Of a stretch of 64,000 nucleotides of DNA, positions 10,201-20,441 are shown piece by piece. Numbering within the stretch: position 1 is the stretch's first letter; each line of letters starts with the position of its first letter. Under the pieces are notes generated by a model. It had not been told where the DNA came from, made no database searches, and worked only from the letters and a program-made list of their open reading frames with translations. This stretch comes from Flavobacteriales bacterium (GTDB lineage: Bacteria > Bacteroidota > Bacteroidia > Flavobacteriales_F > PHOS-HE28): the NCBI GenBank assembly GCA_020635675.1, contig JACJZJ010000004.1:271044-335043 (forward strand), in the 5' to 3' direction. Made by a program: the position numbers and the translations under genes.

Positions 10201-11600
10201 GAGGCAGGGACCGTGCCCGGCCATACCAGACCGCCGGATGGGAAGATCAGGTGGTCCGCGTAGGAACCACTGAACACCAGCTCCCCATCCAGCGTCCAAA
10301 GAATGCCGCCTGCGCGCTTCGCGTCCTGCCCACCGAACTGCTGCGCCTGTGTGAACTGGAGGTCATCGCCGTGGAACCGTGCGATGAAAAGGTCCTGCTG
10401 ACCTGTAGCCGTGAACGGACCGGTCCCATAATGGTCCTGCATGCCACTGAACGCGCACTGGAACGTACCGAGCATCGCCAGACTGTCACCGGCCAGCGCG
10501 ATACCGCCCACGGAGACAGGATGATCCGAACCGATGGACACAGCGCTCAACAGCTGGCCATCCGGATCGGTGCGGAGCACATAGCAGGCATGGTCGCCGT
10601 CCATGGGCACGACGTCGGGCTGATCGTCCAGGTAGAACAGATCACCGCGGGCGTCGCCGGCGAGCAGCAGATCACCGCCAGGCGCGATCACTAGGTCGCG
10701 CACATGGGTGAACAGGGCACCACCGTAACGCAGGAACCATTGTTCCTGCCCCGCGGCGCTGTACTTCACGAGGAAGGTGGCGTTGTAGATGCCGTTGGGA
10801 TGGGGCTGATCGAAGGTGATGGTGTCACTGAACTGACCTGTCACGTAGATGTCTCCAACAGGGTCCGATACCACATCGATCGCGCGGTCGGTGTACTTCG
10901 CGGCACCCTGTCGCACCCAAAGCAGGGTACCGGACTGGTCGTAGCTCACGATGAACACATCGAAGCCGGGCATCAACGTCAATGGGTCGGGCATGCTGGT
11001 GATCGACGTGTTGTCGAACCACATCTGGCCCTTGAAATCACCGGCCACGGTGACCTGTCCTGCGGGGGAAACGGTGATCCCGTACGGTCGTTCACCGCCC
11101 GCCGTGCTTCCCGCGGTGTTCAACCAGATACGCTGTCCGCTCGCTCCATCGAGCTTCGCCACGAAAACATCCGGAGTGCCTTGAGCTGAATACACCAGTG
11201 AATCGAACAGAACGGCCGTGCCCATGAACTGCCCGCAGACAAGGATGCTGCCGTCCGTTGCCGGGAAGATCCTGGTGCCGCGATCGATCGCATTGCCTCC
11301 ACCGGTCACGAGCCAGTCCAGGGTGCCGTCCGGCTCCCATTTACCTACGAATACATCCCGTTGGCCTGCGGATTGGAAGGCCATCCCCCCCACGGTCATC
11401 GTGGCGCTGAACTCACCGGTCGCGATGATGCTCCCGCCTGGATCGATCCGGATGTCGGCCACGTGGTCGGCGCCAAGACCACCGATGTCGATCGCCCAGT
11501 GGTCCTGGGCGATGCCATGTGCGTGCAACAAAAAGATCACAATAGGAGCGATGCAAACGCGCGACACCCTCCCCGATCCGAAGCAATGGTGACGTTTCAC
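7221..11600 (-). CDS. giant cell-surface adhesin-like protein: SBBP beta-propeller repeats + multiple Ig-like (CxGD..LL) repeats + T9SS type-B C-terminal sorting domain
   Basis: N-terminal signal peptide. Repeated D.G...DVFVAK-type SBBP units. The C-terminal VPNVFSPNGDGNNDII...GTYFYALDV matches the gliding-motility C-terminal domain (type B CTD). Confidence 0.85.
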   Translation of the reverse strand: MKRHHCFGSGRVSRVCIAPIVIFLLHAHGIAQDHWAIDIGGLGADHVADIRIDPGGSIIATGEFSATMTVGGMAFQSAGQRDVFVGKWEPDGTLDWLVTGGGNAIDRGTRIFPATDGSILVCGQFMGTAVLFDSLVYSAQGTPDVFVAKLDGASGQRIWLNTAGSTAGGERPYGITVSPAGQVTVAGDFKGQMWFDNTSITSMPDPLTLMPGFDVFIVSYDQSGTLLWVRQGAAKYTDRAIDVVSDPVGDIYVTGQFSDTITFDQPHPNGIYNATFLVKYSAAGQEQWFLRYGGALFTHVRDLVIAPGGDLLLAGDARGDLFYLDDQPDVVPMDGDHACYVLRTDPDGQLLSAVSIGSDHPVSVGGIALAGDSLAMLGTFQCAFSGMQDHYGTGPFTATGQQDLFIARFHGDDLQFTQAQQFGGQDAKRAGGILWTLDGELVFSGSYADHLIFPSGGLVWPGTVPASSVNGGLPIYCDDPEYGSFDALASNGQQDGFVARAFVDGRAPYDFWQREQGGACVRDALTPCILANDLLPCQDSVTICYPPAPGGTPSFLNVETFSEWSQAGTPHPAHNGPALEFHWNTGETTPTITPTSTGWYSCSITVPGGCPAFTDSVHVTVSPYPTVLLTDGLGINVDVALFEGVPIQICGPPVPIWPSTLIGVDSLQWYVNGVPVPGDTVWADTTAFYTISVFNAAGCGAVNSIPAIYGGALDIPDLTGADFQFYYGGVPLGQDSVVMCDLIGCTGGTLTITWYENGVPVDLPTGTTIQANTDLGCLPSTVYASDSISWSVGAFTDGWVPFTVNISVSNAPCGSEQYFFSASDSIFVFRVTLPTFDPPSDQLICQGDTVLLFLSNCMDCDSVIWSGTDLAGVFGTPDTALVDLPGIFFYQALHYDQGIGCGWPTPPGIVFVDTPFPPTITMQPSDGMVCPGDSVLLTVLEPGTGFQWYGPDGVLPDTSASIYVQEPGEYGVDMVSAEGCAVSAASVMTGQYGTPYLDTGMEDNVLCAGELVTVTVVAPAATAIQWLPPLSGSALSQVISDPGTYTCSITSCGIVDLAHITVLAGTADAEVLDPGPITLCPGDTTLLEALPGQAFYFWEPVAVPSQFLQVTGPGAYQVIVLDDLGCADTSDVVIVEEHAFAQPLTVSDTSACAGDHVDLDAMGSGLIEWFTDPGSGQPIGTGGPLTVGPLVNDTIFYVSQSDAICNGQPVPVQITVYPRPGPPQLDGPWQACVGGTITLTAEVEPGAGTIWNTPVGTILGPSVELGPLDGWEAGVYSCVAELAGCNGDPAMDTLIVLPGLVIDFEPVLGCAGAAYTIVLPDDLSDVLWSTGDLGGTLTVTEDGAYSFQALDADGCGVSGTQNVTFGPCEVAVPNVFSPNGDGNNDIIELDAPDGAALHLSIFNRWGERVLERQAAHVAWDGRGGISGERLVEGTYFYALDVIGADGEVRTQSGAILLLR

Positions 11601-11655
11601 ACGGAAAAGTTCGCAATGCGACCATCAACTCCCAAGGACCATCCCCAGAAAGGGA

Positions 11656-14600
11656 TCATCGGAGAATGGTGAAGTATCCCCTCAGCGTGGTCATGTGGCC
11701 TTGGACATCGCGTACTTCGAGCACATAGTAGTATGTACCGTCCGGCACTGGCTCGTGCGTGCTGTCGTAGGTCACATCCCAAGGCACGTTGACAGGATCG
11801 CCCGAATGGACCAACACACCCCAGCGATCATAGATCCTGACCTCCCCACCGATAGCGCCCACAAGGCCCAGGGAGAAGGTATCGTTCGTGCCATCCCCGT
11901 TCGGGGTCACCACGTTCGGCGCGACCGGAGGACAGTCGATCTCCTGCACGAGCAGCGTGTCGGCGGTCGGGCAGCCATTGCCATCGAATACGGAAACGCT
12001 GAAGGTCCCGCCGTTCTGGACCGTGATGCTCGTGGTGGTATCGCCGGTATTCCAGATCGGACCCGAATAGCCCGATGGGACCTCCAATACCAGTACCGAT
12101 CCGGAACAGAGCGTCATATCAGCACCCAGATCGAAAGGGGTCGGTGGATACACTTCGAGGTAGACGCTGTCCGCTGCGCCCGTACAGCCGTTCACCGCCG
12201 GCACGATACCATACCAGCCCTCATCCGACGGTTGCGCAGGACCCACCACGAGCACCGTCCCGGAATAGCCCCCGATCGGTGTCGACCAATCCACCGCAAG
12301 GCCCGCGGGGCCTTGCACTGACAACGTATCCACGGCATCCAGACAGAGATGGCCCGGTGCGATGAGCACCACATCCACCGGAACAGGCACCACGTTGACC
12401 GCGATCGACAACGGCTGACCGGTACAGCCCATGTCCTCCTGGACCAGGTAGACGAACAAGCTGTCCGTCGGTGCACTGATCACGAGGTTGCCGCCCATGC
12501 CCAGTGGGATCTGCAGTGCCGGGTCCGCATACCAGATCAGGCTCCCGCTGCCAATGGCCTCAAGCATGGCATCAGCACCCTGGCAGATGGTCACATCCTC
12601 CCCTTCCACGGGAAGGGTCGGTGTCAGCATCGTCAAGTACAGATCACCCTGAGCCGCACATCCCAACGGATCGGTGGCCGTCACCCCTACCACGCCCTGT
12701 TGATCGGTGATCAGGAAAGGTCCCATGCTTCCATCGGACCATTGGGGATCCGTGTAACCAACTGGAAGGTCGAGATAAAGAGTGGAACCCGGGCACAAAG
12801 CAGTGTCCGCACCCAGGTCGATCGGTGCCGGCTGATGCACGTATAGATGAACACTATCCGCCGCGCCTGTGCATCCTGCGATACCGGCGATAGCGATGTA
12901 CCAACCCGAATCCGAAGGTCCCAAAGGTCCAACTTGCAACGTATCCATGGCGAACAGGCCCTGCGGTGTATTCCATTCCACCAGGAAGGGTGAAGGCACC
13001 ATGGTCACGAATTGTACCGTTCCTCCTTGACAGACCGTATCGGAGACCATCGCCAGGTCGATATCAGGTGGCTGCACCACGTTCACCACCACGGGCCAGG
13101 CCGGGTTGGTGCACGCACTGTCCGATCGCACCAAGTAGAGCATCAAGGTGTCCATCGGCATACCCAGATCAAGTTGCGCCCCGAACCCCATCAATTGGGT
13201 GAGCGCACTGTCCGCATACCAGGCCAGGTCCCCAGGGGCCGTCTCCTCCAACACGACCGGATCGCCCGCACAGACGGTGATATCCGAGATGGTCAACGGT
13301 CCGCCCATATCATGAAGAGAGACCAGGACAGCCGCACTGGTATCGGTGCACCCGTTGCCATCCAAAGCGACCAATGTGTAGTTGCCGGGTTCGGTGACCG
13401 TCAAGGTGCTTCCGAAAACGGCTCCGGGCATCCAGAGGTAGGCCGCCTGACCACCTTGTGCGAGGAGATCGAGCGTATCACCCGGGCAAAGGGTGAAGGG
13501 ACCCGGGTCGACGACCTCGGCCTGGGCGGTCCCCATGATGATATCCACGCTCAACAGCGTGGTGATCCCACAGGCCTGGACGCTGCAGGAATAGGTGCCG
13601 GGTTGGTCGACCAATTGCTCGAGGTCGCTGCCGCTCAGGGGTGCATCCCATGCGAGCGAGGATGCTCCCGTGGTGACCACCTGCAGAAGAACGGGATCCT
13701 CATCGACGCAAAGCACACCGTCGGGCAACACGTTCAGGAACGGCGTTGCATATCCAGTGACGAGGATCGGATCCGAAATGAGGTAGCAACCATTGGTATC
13801 GATCAGTTCCAGATAGTACTCACCTGGCCATGTCACGTCGATCGAGTCGTTGTTGATCGCGATCTGCCCAATGGGTCCATACCAATCGTAGCTACCCAAT
13901 GCGTTGGTATAGACCGTGGCAATGGAATCCGGGCAAATGATACCATCGGATGGAAAAACGTCCAGCTCGGGCACATCCGGGAATTGGATCACATGCCAGG
14001 CCGTTTCCGAGAAGGAACATCCGTTCGTGTCGACGACCGTACCGGTCACTTGATAGAAGCCTCCGCCCAAGGCAAGCAGACTATCGCTCCATTGCGCGAG
14101 GATCCCACCTCCCGACCAGGCAATGGCGTCGCAGCTGTCACAGGCGGCCACCAACAATGCCGTATCCGAGGGGCATATCAGGTCGGGCGCGTCCAACACG
14201 ATATCCACCGGTGTGGCCGGGTACAGGTGGACATGAATACTGTCCTCGGCGATGTCAGGCAGCTGCAACGAATCCGAACCACAAGGACCGTTGAACACAA
14301 TAACGCTGGCCCAATCATGGCTCCACCCATCCGCGTTCGCGGCCACGGGCGCGGCCCAAGGACCCGGGTCCAGGGAAAGGTGTACACCACCGTCGATGAT
14401 GTACACATACTGCAGGCCATTGGGCGGTGTATAGGGTGATCCGTTCAGGTACCACGTGGGCGTGACCAGAACATTCACGCCCTGGTAAGGACACAGGTCG
14501 AGGGAATCGTTCTGATCGGTGTCCTGGGGATAGCTGATCACAAGTTCCACAGTCATGTTCGGAATGGCCAGAGTGGGCAGATCGATCACTTGGACATGAT

Positions 14601-16668
14601 TCTGGGTGGTACAACCGAACGGGGTGACCATGGTGAACGTATAGGTACCACCGGTATCGACCACCAGCGAATCATCGAACACCTGTCCCCCAGGCCAATG
14701 CCAAAAGAAGGTGGTGGCGGTGTCCGCGTTGCTGCACCATAGCAGCGCACTGTCCGGATCGCAAATGCTCGCCTGCCATGGCAATGGCGAATCGTTCACC
14801 GGTGTCACGTCATCCGAGAGCAGGGGCTGCGCCGGCCAGGGGTGCACCGCCACATGGATGCTATCGCTCAGGACGAGGCAACCGCTGCTCGATGTACAGG
14901 TGACCGCATACGTGCCCGTGGTGTCCACATAAAGAGAGTCGGTCGTGTCACCCGTATTCCATGCGAAGTCCAGATCGGGACCGACGAAGAAGAGACGGTG
15001 ATCGATGTGGAAAGAGAACGCAGGATCGATACCGATGATCGTTCCGCCGCAGACACTGATGGTGTCCGGACAGGAGAACGCCATGGGACCCTCGCCGAGG
15101 CACAACCCACCCGGCATGTAGCTGCACGGTGGGCCATTGCGCTCCCACCAGTCATAGGGCGCCCTACCTGGTACGTAACCGCGCGCGATGAACCCATCCT
15201 TCAATCCATTGCTGGTATCGGCGGCGAAATTCCCGTAGTGGGGGTCGCCGCAGTATCCCGACGGGTTCGGCGTCATGAGGAGATGCGGACCGCTGAAGGA
15301 GGTGATGTCCGCGGTGAAAACGTCCTTGCACGGAAATACGATCAGGTCCTCATAGCTGCCGCAGAAGACCGGTGAGCCATCCAGAAGTGTGGTGATCTGA
15401 CCGGCGAGCTTTTCCTCCCGCCCACCGAATTGCTGACCACCCATGACGTAGAGACTGTCCAGATCGTGCTGAAGGAGGAACAGGTCCTGAGGGCCCGTCG
15501 CCATCCACTGTCCAGTGTGGGTGCTATCCACCCTGCTGGTGAAGCTGCAACTGAACTGGCCCAGCACGCTTACGATACCGTTGCGCTCATCCAAGGCCCG
15601 ACCACTGATCAGGCCCTCGGAGGTGACCACCGTGTCGGCCGTCAATTGGCCGTTGGCGTCGACCCGGAGGAGATAGTACGCATAGGGAGCGCCCGCGGAG
15701 ATCAGGTCGGGAACGCTGTCCAGGAAGATCATCGTCCCCTGCAGATCACCGACCAGGAGCAGATCGTCCATGCTCGACCATTGGATGTCGCGCACATGGT
15801 CGAAGACCGCACCGCCCACTCTCCGGAACCACACCTCGTTGCCGGCAGGATCCAGCTTGAGCAGAAAGGTCGCATTGTACATGGCGTTCGGATGGGTGGA
15901 CACGAACTGGATCGTATCACTGAACTGACCTGCCACGTAAACGTTACCGGCTCCATCATGCACCACGTCGATCGCGCGGTCGGTGAACTTCGCGCTGCCC
16001 TGCACCACCCAAAGAGGTGTGCCACCCGCTGCATAGGAGGCGATGAAGACATCGACGCTTGGATCAAGTGAATTGGGGTCCAGCATGCTTGTGAGCGAAC
16101 TTCCCGCGATGTCCGCGGTCCCGCGAAACTCCCCGGCCATGGTGACGCCACCGCCAGGTGCGATGCTCACACCATAAGGACGGTCGCTCGACAGGGCACC
16201 CCCGCCCCTTGTCGCCCAGACCAAGTTGCCGGTGCTCGCATCCAGAAGGGCCAAAAAGATGTCGGGGCCACCGGCTGACGTGAGCGACTGCCCCATCAGG
16301 TCCGCGGTGAACATGAATTCGCCGACTACGGCGACCTGGCCGTTGCCAACAGCGAGCTTGATACCGCGATCGATCCCAGGCCCCCCACCCTGTCTGAACC
16401 AGATCACTTGGCCGACGGGCGACATTTTCGCAACAAATACATCGATGCCCGCGCTGGACTGATGGACCACTCCGCCGAATGTGATACTGCCACTGAACTC
16501 TCCTGTGAGGTAGATGTCACCCGCGGCATCAGACTTCACATCCGACACGTGATCGTTTCCCGGGCCACCGATATCAGTTGCCCAAAATGTCTGTGCCTCG
16601 ACCATCGCCACTCCTGCAACCTGCAAAAGCATGCATAACAGCACCCGATGAATGGCGTTCGGACCCAT
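11656..16668 (-). CDS. giant cell-surface adhesin-like protein, paralog of the 7221..11600 gene (SBBP + Ig-like repeats + T9SS type-B CTD)
   Basis: Same architecture as its neighbour. About 50% identity in the SBBP region. The CTD is NVVTPNGDGTNDTF...GTYYYVLEV. Confidence 0.85.
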   Translation of the reverse strand: MGPNAIHRVLLCMLLQVAGVAMVEAQTFWATDIGGPGNDHVSDVKSDAAGDIYLTGEFSGSITFGGVVHQSSAGIDVFVAKMSPVGQVIWFRQGGGPGIDRGIKLAVGNGQVAVVGEFMFTADLMGQSLTSAGGPDIFLALLDASTGNLVWATRGGGALSSDRPYGVSIAPGGGVTMAGEFRGTADIAGSSLTSMLDPNSLDPSVDVFIASYAAGGTPLWVVQGSAKFTDRAIDVVHDGAGNVYVAGQFSDTIQFVSTHPNAMYNATFLLKLDPAGNEVWFRRVGGAVFDHVRDIQWSSMDDLLLVGDLQGTMIFLDSVPDLISAGAPYAYYLLRVDANGQLTADTVVTSEGLISGRALDERNGIVSVLGQFSCSFTSRVDSTHTGQWMATGPQDLFLLQHDLDSLYVMGGQQFGGREEKLAGQITTLLDGSPVFCGSYEDLIVFPCKDVFTADITSFSGPHLLMTPNPSGYCGDPHYGNFAADTSNGLKDGFIARGYVPGRAPYDWWERNGPPCSYMPGGLCLGEGPMAFSCPDTISVCGGTIIGIDPAFSFHIDHRLFFVGPDLDFAWNTGDTTDSLYVDTTGTYAVTCTSSSGCLVLSDSIHVAVHPWPAQPLLSDDVTPVNDSPLPWQASICDPDSALLWCSNADTATTFFWHWPGGQVFDDSLVVDTGGTYTFTMVTPFGCTTQNHVQVIDLPTLAIPNMTVELVISYPQDTDQNDSLDLCPYQGVNVLVTPTWYLNGSPYTPPNGLQYVYIIDGGVHLSLDPGPWAAPVAANADGWSHDWASVIVFNGPCGSDSLQLPDIAEDSIHVHLYPATPVDIVLDAPDLICPSDTALLVAACDSCDAIAWSGGGILAQWSDSLLALGGGFYQVTGTVVDTNGCSFSETAWHVIQFPDVPELDVFPSDGIICPDSIATVYTNALGSYDWYGPIGQIAINNDSIDVTWPGEYYLELIDTNGCYLISDPILVTGYATPFLNVLPDGVLCVDEDPVLLQVVTTGASSLAWDAPLSGSDLEQLVDQPGTYSCSVQACGITTLLSVDIIMGTAQAEVVDPGPFTLCPGDTLDLLAQGGQAAYLWMPGAVFGSTLTVTEPGNYTLVALDGNGCTDTSAAVLVSLHDMGGPLTISDITVCAGDPVVLEETAPGDLAWYADSALTQLMGFGAQLDLGMPMDTLMLYLVRSDSACTNPAWPVVVNVVQPPDIDLAMVSDTVCQGGTVQFVTMVPSPFLVEWNTPQGLFAMDTLQVGPLGPSDSGWYIAIAGIAGCTGAADSVHLYVHQPAPIDLGADTALCPGSTLYLDLPVGYTDPQWSDGSMGPFLITDQQGVVGVTATDPLGCAAQGDLYLTMLTPTLPVEGEDVTICQGADAMLEAIGSGSLIWYADPALQIPLGMGGNLVISAPTDSLFVYLVQEDMGCTGQPLSIAVNVVPVPVDVVLIAPGHLCLDAVDTLSVQGPAGLAVDWSTPIGGYSGTVLVVGPAQPSDEGWYGIVPAVNGCTGAADSVYLEVYPPTPFDLGADMTLCSGSVLVLEVPSGYSGPIWNTGDTTTSITVQNGGTFSVSVFDGNGCPTADTLLVQEIDCPPVAPNVVTPNGDGTNDTFSLGLVGAIGGEVRIYDRWGVLVHSGDPVNVPWDVTYDSTHEPVPDGTYYYVLEVRDVQGHMTTLRGYFTILR

Positions 16669-16925
16669 GTCCTTGGGTGGTCGTTTGGAACGACTTCACT
16701 TGGAAGATACCCTTTCCGTCCATTCCGCTGCCTGGCCTGCGTCCCACAACTTGGAAATATCCCGGGGCGATATGCACTTCCGGCTCTCCCGGGCGAGATG
16801 ACGATCGGTCGCGTGCAGGGATGCAAGGCTGACGGATCGGCACAAGTCCGAAATCCAACGTGCCGATCGGTCCGGTCCGGGAACACGGTATCCCCTTTGA
16901 TGGACCCTGCGCAGATGATCTTATC

Positions 16926-19571
16926 ATGGACCTGAACAAATTCACCATACGATCGCAGCAAGCCATTCAACAGGCGCAGACCATCGCAACCGGGCATGGC
17001 CATCAGATCCTGGAGAATGGGCATCTGTTGAAGGGCATCCTGGAAGTGGACCAGGACGTGGTGCCGTTCCTGCTGAAGAAGCTGAACGTCAACGTTCCCA
17101 TCCTCACCCAGGCGCTGGACCGCATCGTGGAGGGCTATCCCAAGGTGCAGGGTGGCCAGATCAGCTTGTCCCGACACAGTAGCAACGCCCTGACCAAAGC
17201 CCTCGCCGCGCTGAAAGAATTCGGCGATGAGTTCGCCAGCGTGGAGCACCTGTTGATCGGTATCCTCGAGAGCGGCGACACCGTGGCCCAACTGCTGAAG
17301 GACAACGGTGTCATTAAAAAGGACCTGATCTCGGCGATCAAGGAACTGCGTCAGGGGCAACACGTGACCAGCCAGAGCCAGGAGGAGACCTACAATGCCC
17401 TTAGCAAGTATGCAAAGGACCTGAACCAACTGGCCAAGGAGAATAAGCTCGACCCCGTGATCGGGCGCGACGAGGAGATCCGCAGGGTGCTGCAGATCCT
17501 CAGCCGGCGCACGAAGAACAATCCGATCCTGATCGGTGAACCCGGCGTGGGCAAGACCGCGATCGCCGAAGGCATCGCACAACGCATTGTCAGCGGCGAC
17601 GTACCCGAGGACCTGAAGGAGAAGAAAGTATTCAGCCTGGACATGGGTGCGCTCGTGGCCGGTGCCAAGTACAAAGGCGAGTTCGAAGAGCGTCTCAAGG
17701 CCGTGGTGAAAGAGGTCGTGTCCGCCGAGGGCCGCATCGTGCTGTTCATCGATGAGATCCATACCCTGGTGGGTGCGGGCGGTGGTGAAGGCGCCATGGA
17801 TGCCGCCAACATCCTGAAGCCCGCACTGGCGCGTGGGGAGTTGCGCGCCATCGGCGCCACCACCCTGAACGAGTATCAGAAGTACTTCGAAAAGGACAAG
17901 GCATTGGAGCGACGCTTTCAGAAGGTGATGGTGGACGAACCCTCCCGTGAGGACGCCATCAGCATCCTTCGTGGCCTGAAGGAGAAGTACGAGAACCATC
18001 ACAAGGTGCTGATCAAGGACGGTGCGATCATCGCGGCCGTCGAGTTGAGCACGCGCTACATCAACGACCGCTTCCTGCCGGATAAGGCCATCGACCTGAT
18101 CGATGAGGCGGCCAGCAAGCTCCGCATGGAGATCAACAGCAAACCGGAGGAGCTGGACGAGGTGGACCGACGGATCATGCAGTTGGAGATCGAGCGCGAA
18201 GCGATCAAGCGCGAAAAGGACGAGGCCAAACTCGCCGACATCAACAAGGAGCTCGCCGAGCTGGGCGAAAGACGGGACGGCCTGCAGGCCCGCTGGCAAA
18301 GCGAGCGCGGACTGGTCGAACGGATCAACACCGCGAAGGAGCAGATCGATCAGCTCAAGTTCGAGGCAGGTCAGGCCGAAAGAGAAGGTGACTTCGGAAG
18401 GGTGGCGGAGATCCGGTACGGCCGGATCAAGGAGACGGAGGATGAATTGGCGAAGGCCAAGGAAGAGCTCACCCGGCTGCAGGAGACGAGCAAGTTGATC
18501 AAGGAGGAGGTGGACGTGGAGGAGATCGCCGAAGTGGTGAGCCGATGGACCGGCATCCCGGTCTCCCGCATGATGGAAGCCGAACGAACCAAGCTGCTGA
18601 AGCTCGAGGACGAGTTGCACAAACGCGTCATCGGGCAGGATGATGCGGTGCGCGCAGTGGCGGATGCGGTGCGACGCAGCCGCAGTGGCCTTGGTGACGA
18701 GAAACGGCCCATCGGCAGTTTCATCTTCCTGGGTACCACCGGCGTGGGCAAGACCGAGCTGGCCAAAGCGTTGAGCGAGATCCTCTTCAACGACGAGAAC
18801 GCGATGACGCGGATCGACATGAGCGAATACCAGGAACGCCACAGTGTTTCCCGTCTGGTGGGCGCACCTCCGGGGTACGTGGGTTACGACGAGGGCGGCC
18901 AGCTCACAGAGGCGGTGCGCCGCAAACCTTACAGTGTCGTGCTGCTCGACGAGATCGAGAAGGCCCACCCCGATGTATGGAACGTCCTGCTACAGGTGCT
19001 CGACGATGGGCGCCTCACCGACAACAAGGGCCGGGTGGTGAACTTCAAGAACACCATCATCATCATGACGAGCAACATCGGCTCGCACATCATCCAGGAG
19101 AATTTCGAAGGTCTGGAGAAGAAGGACGTGGAGGCCGTGGTGGAAAAGACCCGGAAGGAAGTGATGGACCTGCTGCGCAAGTCCGTTCGACCGGAATTCC
19201 TCAACCGCGTGGACGAGGTGATCATGTTCCACCCGTTGAGCCGCAGGGACGTGCGCGAGATCGTGCAGATGCAACTGCATGCGCTCCTGCGGAAGTTGGA
19301 GGAGAAGGACGTTCACCTGATCCCGAGCGACGAGCTGATCGACCACATCGCCACCGTGGGCTTCGACCCGCAGTTCGGTGCGCGCCCCATCAAGCGCATG
19401 ATCCAGAAGGAACTGCTGAACGAGCTCAGCAAGCAGATCATCGCCGGCACGCTTGAAATGGGCAAGCCCCAGGTGATCGATGTGTTCGACGGCAAGATCG
19501 TCTTCCGCAAGCCGATAGGTAGCAAGGAGCGCGAAAACGGGAAGGTCAAGAAAGCGAAGAGCCAGCTGTGA
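16926..19571 (+). CDS. clpB: ATP-dependent chaperone ClpB
   Basis: Clp N domain. Two AAA+ modules ([28 protein letters not shown]). A middle coiled-coil. The true ATG is MDLNKF; the track ORF starts at an upstream GTG. Confidence 0.95.
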   Translation: MDLNKFTIRSQQAIQQAQTIATGHGHQILENGHLLKGILEVDQDVVPFLLKKLNVNVPILTQALDRIVEGYPKVQGGQISLSRHSSNALTKALAALKEFGDEFASVEHLLIGILESGDTVAQLLKDNGVIKKDLISAIKELRQGQHVTSQSQEETYNALSKYAKDLNQLAKENKLDPVIGRDEEIRRVLQILSRRTKNNPILIGEPGVGKTAIAEGIAQRIVSGDVPEDLKEKKVFSLDMGALVAGAKYKGEFEERLKAVVKEVVSAEGRIVLFIDEIHTLVGAGGGEGAMDAANILKPALARGELRAIGATTLNEYQKYFEKDKALERRFQKVMVDEPSREDAISILRGLKEKYENHHKVLIKDGAIIAAVELSTRYINDRFLPDKAIDLIDEAASKLRMEINSKPEELDEVDRRIMQLEIEREAIKREKDEAKLADINKELAELGERRDGLQARWQSERGLVERINTAKEQIDQLKFEAGQAEREGDFGRVAEIRYGRIKETEDELAKAKEELTRLQETSKLIKEEVDVEEIAEVVSRWTGIPVSRMMEAERTKLLKLEDELHKRVIGQDDAVRAVADAVRRSRSGLGDEKRPIGSFIFLGTTGVGKTELAKALSEILFNDENAMTRIDMSEYQERHSVSRLVGAPPGYVGYDEGGQLTEAVRRKPYSVVLLDEIEKAHPDVWNVLLQVLDDGRLTDNKGRVVNFKNTIIIMTSNIGSHIIQENFEGLEKKDVEAVVEKTRKEVMDLLRKSVRPEFLNRVDEVIMFHPLSRRDVREIVQMQLHALLRKLEEKDVHLIPSDELIDHIATVGFDPQFGARPIKRMIQKELLNELSKQIIAGTLEMGKPQVIDVFDGKIVFRKPIGSKERENGKVKKAKSQL
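19365..19516. repeat. direct repeat copy 1 (native clpB 3' end); matches 20442..20593
   Basis: An 88-bp core is identical except for 1 mismatch. The flanking 60 bp are roughly 80% identical. Confidence 0.8.
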
Positions 19572-19591
19572 GCCCCTTTCCAGCAGAACCC

Positions 19592-19612
19592 GGTCCGAAC
19601 CGGACCGGTGCC
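19592..19612. terminator. GC-rich hairpin (CCGGTCCG-AAC-CGGACCGG) between convergent clpB and the FISUMP gene; no U-tract
   Basis: Perfect 8-bp inverted repeat lying 20 nt after the clpB stop. Confidence 0.35.
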
Positions 19613-19627
19613 ATGGATCCGGCTATT

Positions 19628-20374
19628 TCAATCCCTGATACAACGCACACAGAGACCCAGCTTCTTCTCGTTGCTGTTCCTGCCAATGCCTGCATTGTTG
19701 TAGTTCAAGTGGCGAAACCAACAAGTGTCCGCTCCGCTCTCTGATGCACTCCACCAGTAGCCATAGAGACCAATGTTACCGAAGCTGCCGTTCAGATTGC
19801 GGTAACCACCAGGGAAGCCAGAGAAACCGCTCGCATTCGTCGCCCCAATGTTCGGCGGGTACCAGAGCGTGGCTGCCTTCAACTTTCCGCCCACAGACTG
19901 GATCTCGCCACGATAGCCCGTTAGGTCCGACTCACTGACCATCAGGCCCAAGCTGACCTCCAGTTGCTTCCACTCGGCATCGGAAGGCACATGCCAACCC
20001 TGGGGGCAGAGGCCGGCGGGGTCTTCCACGGCGTACCAATTGTAAAGCTTGCCATAGATGCCATCGTTGGCGGGGGCATTGGAATAGTTGCACCATGCAC
20101 CGGTCGACAGGTCCGCCCAAACACTGTTATCCGTCACCTCGGGGATCGGCGAGCCGTTCCTGAAGTGGGTGGTCCGCAGATCGGCGGCCATCCAGCACCT
20201 ACCACCGACATGTACCACCGAATAGCCATGGCCATCGGCATCGATCACGGTTCCCATGCCACCACAGCCCTGCTCGTAGGGATCAGACGCCCCTTCCTCG
20301 TTCTTGCGGCAGGCCATGGCTGTTGCGACAATGATCGATCCAAGAGCGATCGGTTTCGCGTATTTGCACCGCAT
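19628..20374 (-). CDS. lipoprotein with Fibrobacter-succinogenes-major-paralogous (Fib_succ_major/FISUMP) domain
   Basis: Lipobox ATAMAC. The motifs GKLYNWYAV...CPQGWHVPSDAEW...GYR and trailing W/Y pattern are typical of the TIGR02145 domain. GC is visibly lower (about 50-55%) than the flanks. Confidence 0.8.
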   Translation of the reverse strand: MRCKYAKPIALGSIIVATAMACRKNEEGASDPYEQGCGGMGTVIDADGHGYSVVHVGGRCWMAADLRTTHFRNGSPIPEVTDNSVWADLSTGAWCNYSNAPANDGIYGKLYNWYAVEDPAGLCPQGWHVPSDAEWKQLEVSLGLMVSESDLTGYRGEIQSVGGKLKAATLWYPPNIGATNASGFSGFPGGYRNLNGSFGNIGLYGYWWSASESGADTCWFRHLNYNNAGIGRNSNEKKLGLCVRCIRD

Positions 20375-20441
20375 GGCGCAATGAAGTTAGGCCCCCGCTG
20401 CGAAATTGGTCCGCCCCATTCTCGTTCGTGTACACAGTGTC

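Noticed and set aside
13012-14439. 475-aa plus-strand ORF
   Set aside because: Antisense to the second giant adhesin, with low-complexity R/H/G composition.
16536-18968. 810-aa minus-strand ORF
   Set aside because: Antisense to clpB. It has no recognisable motif, while ClpB on the plus strand is unambiguous.
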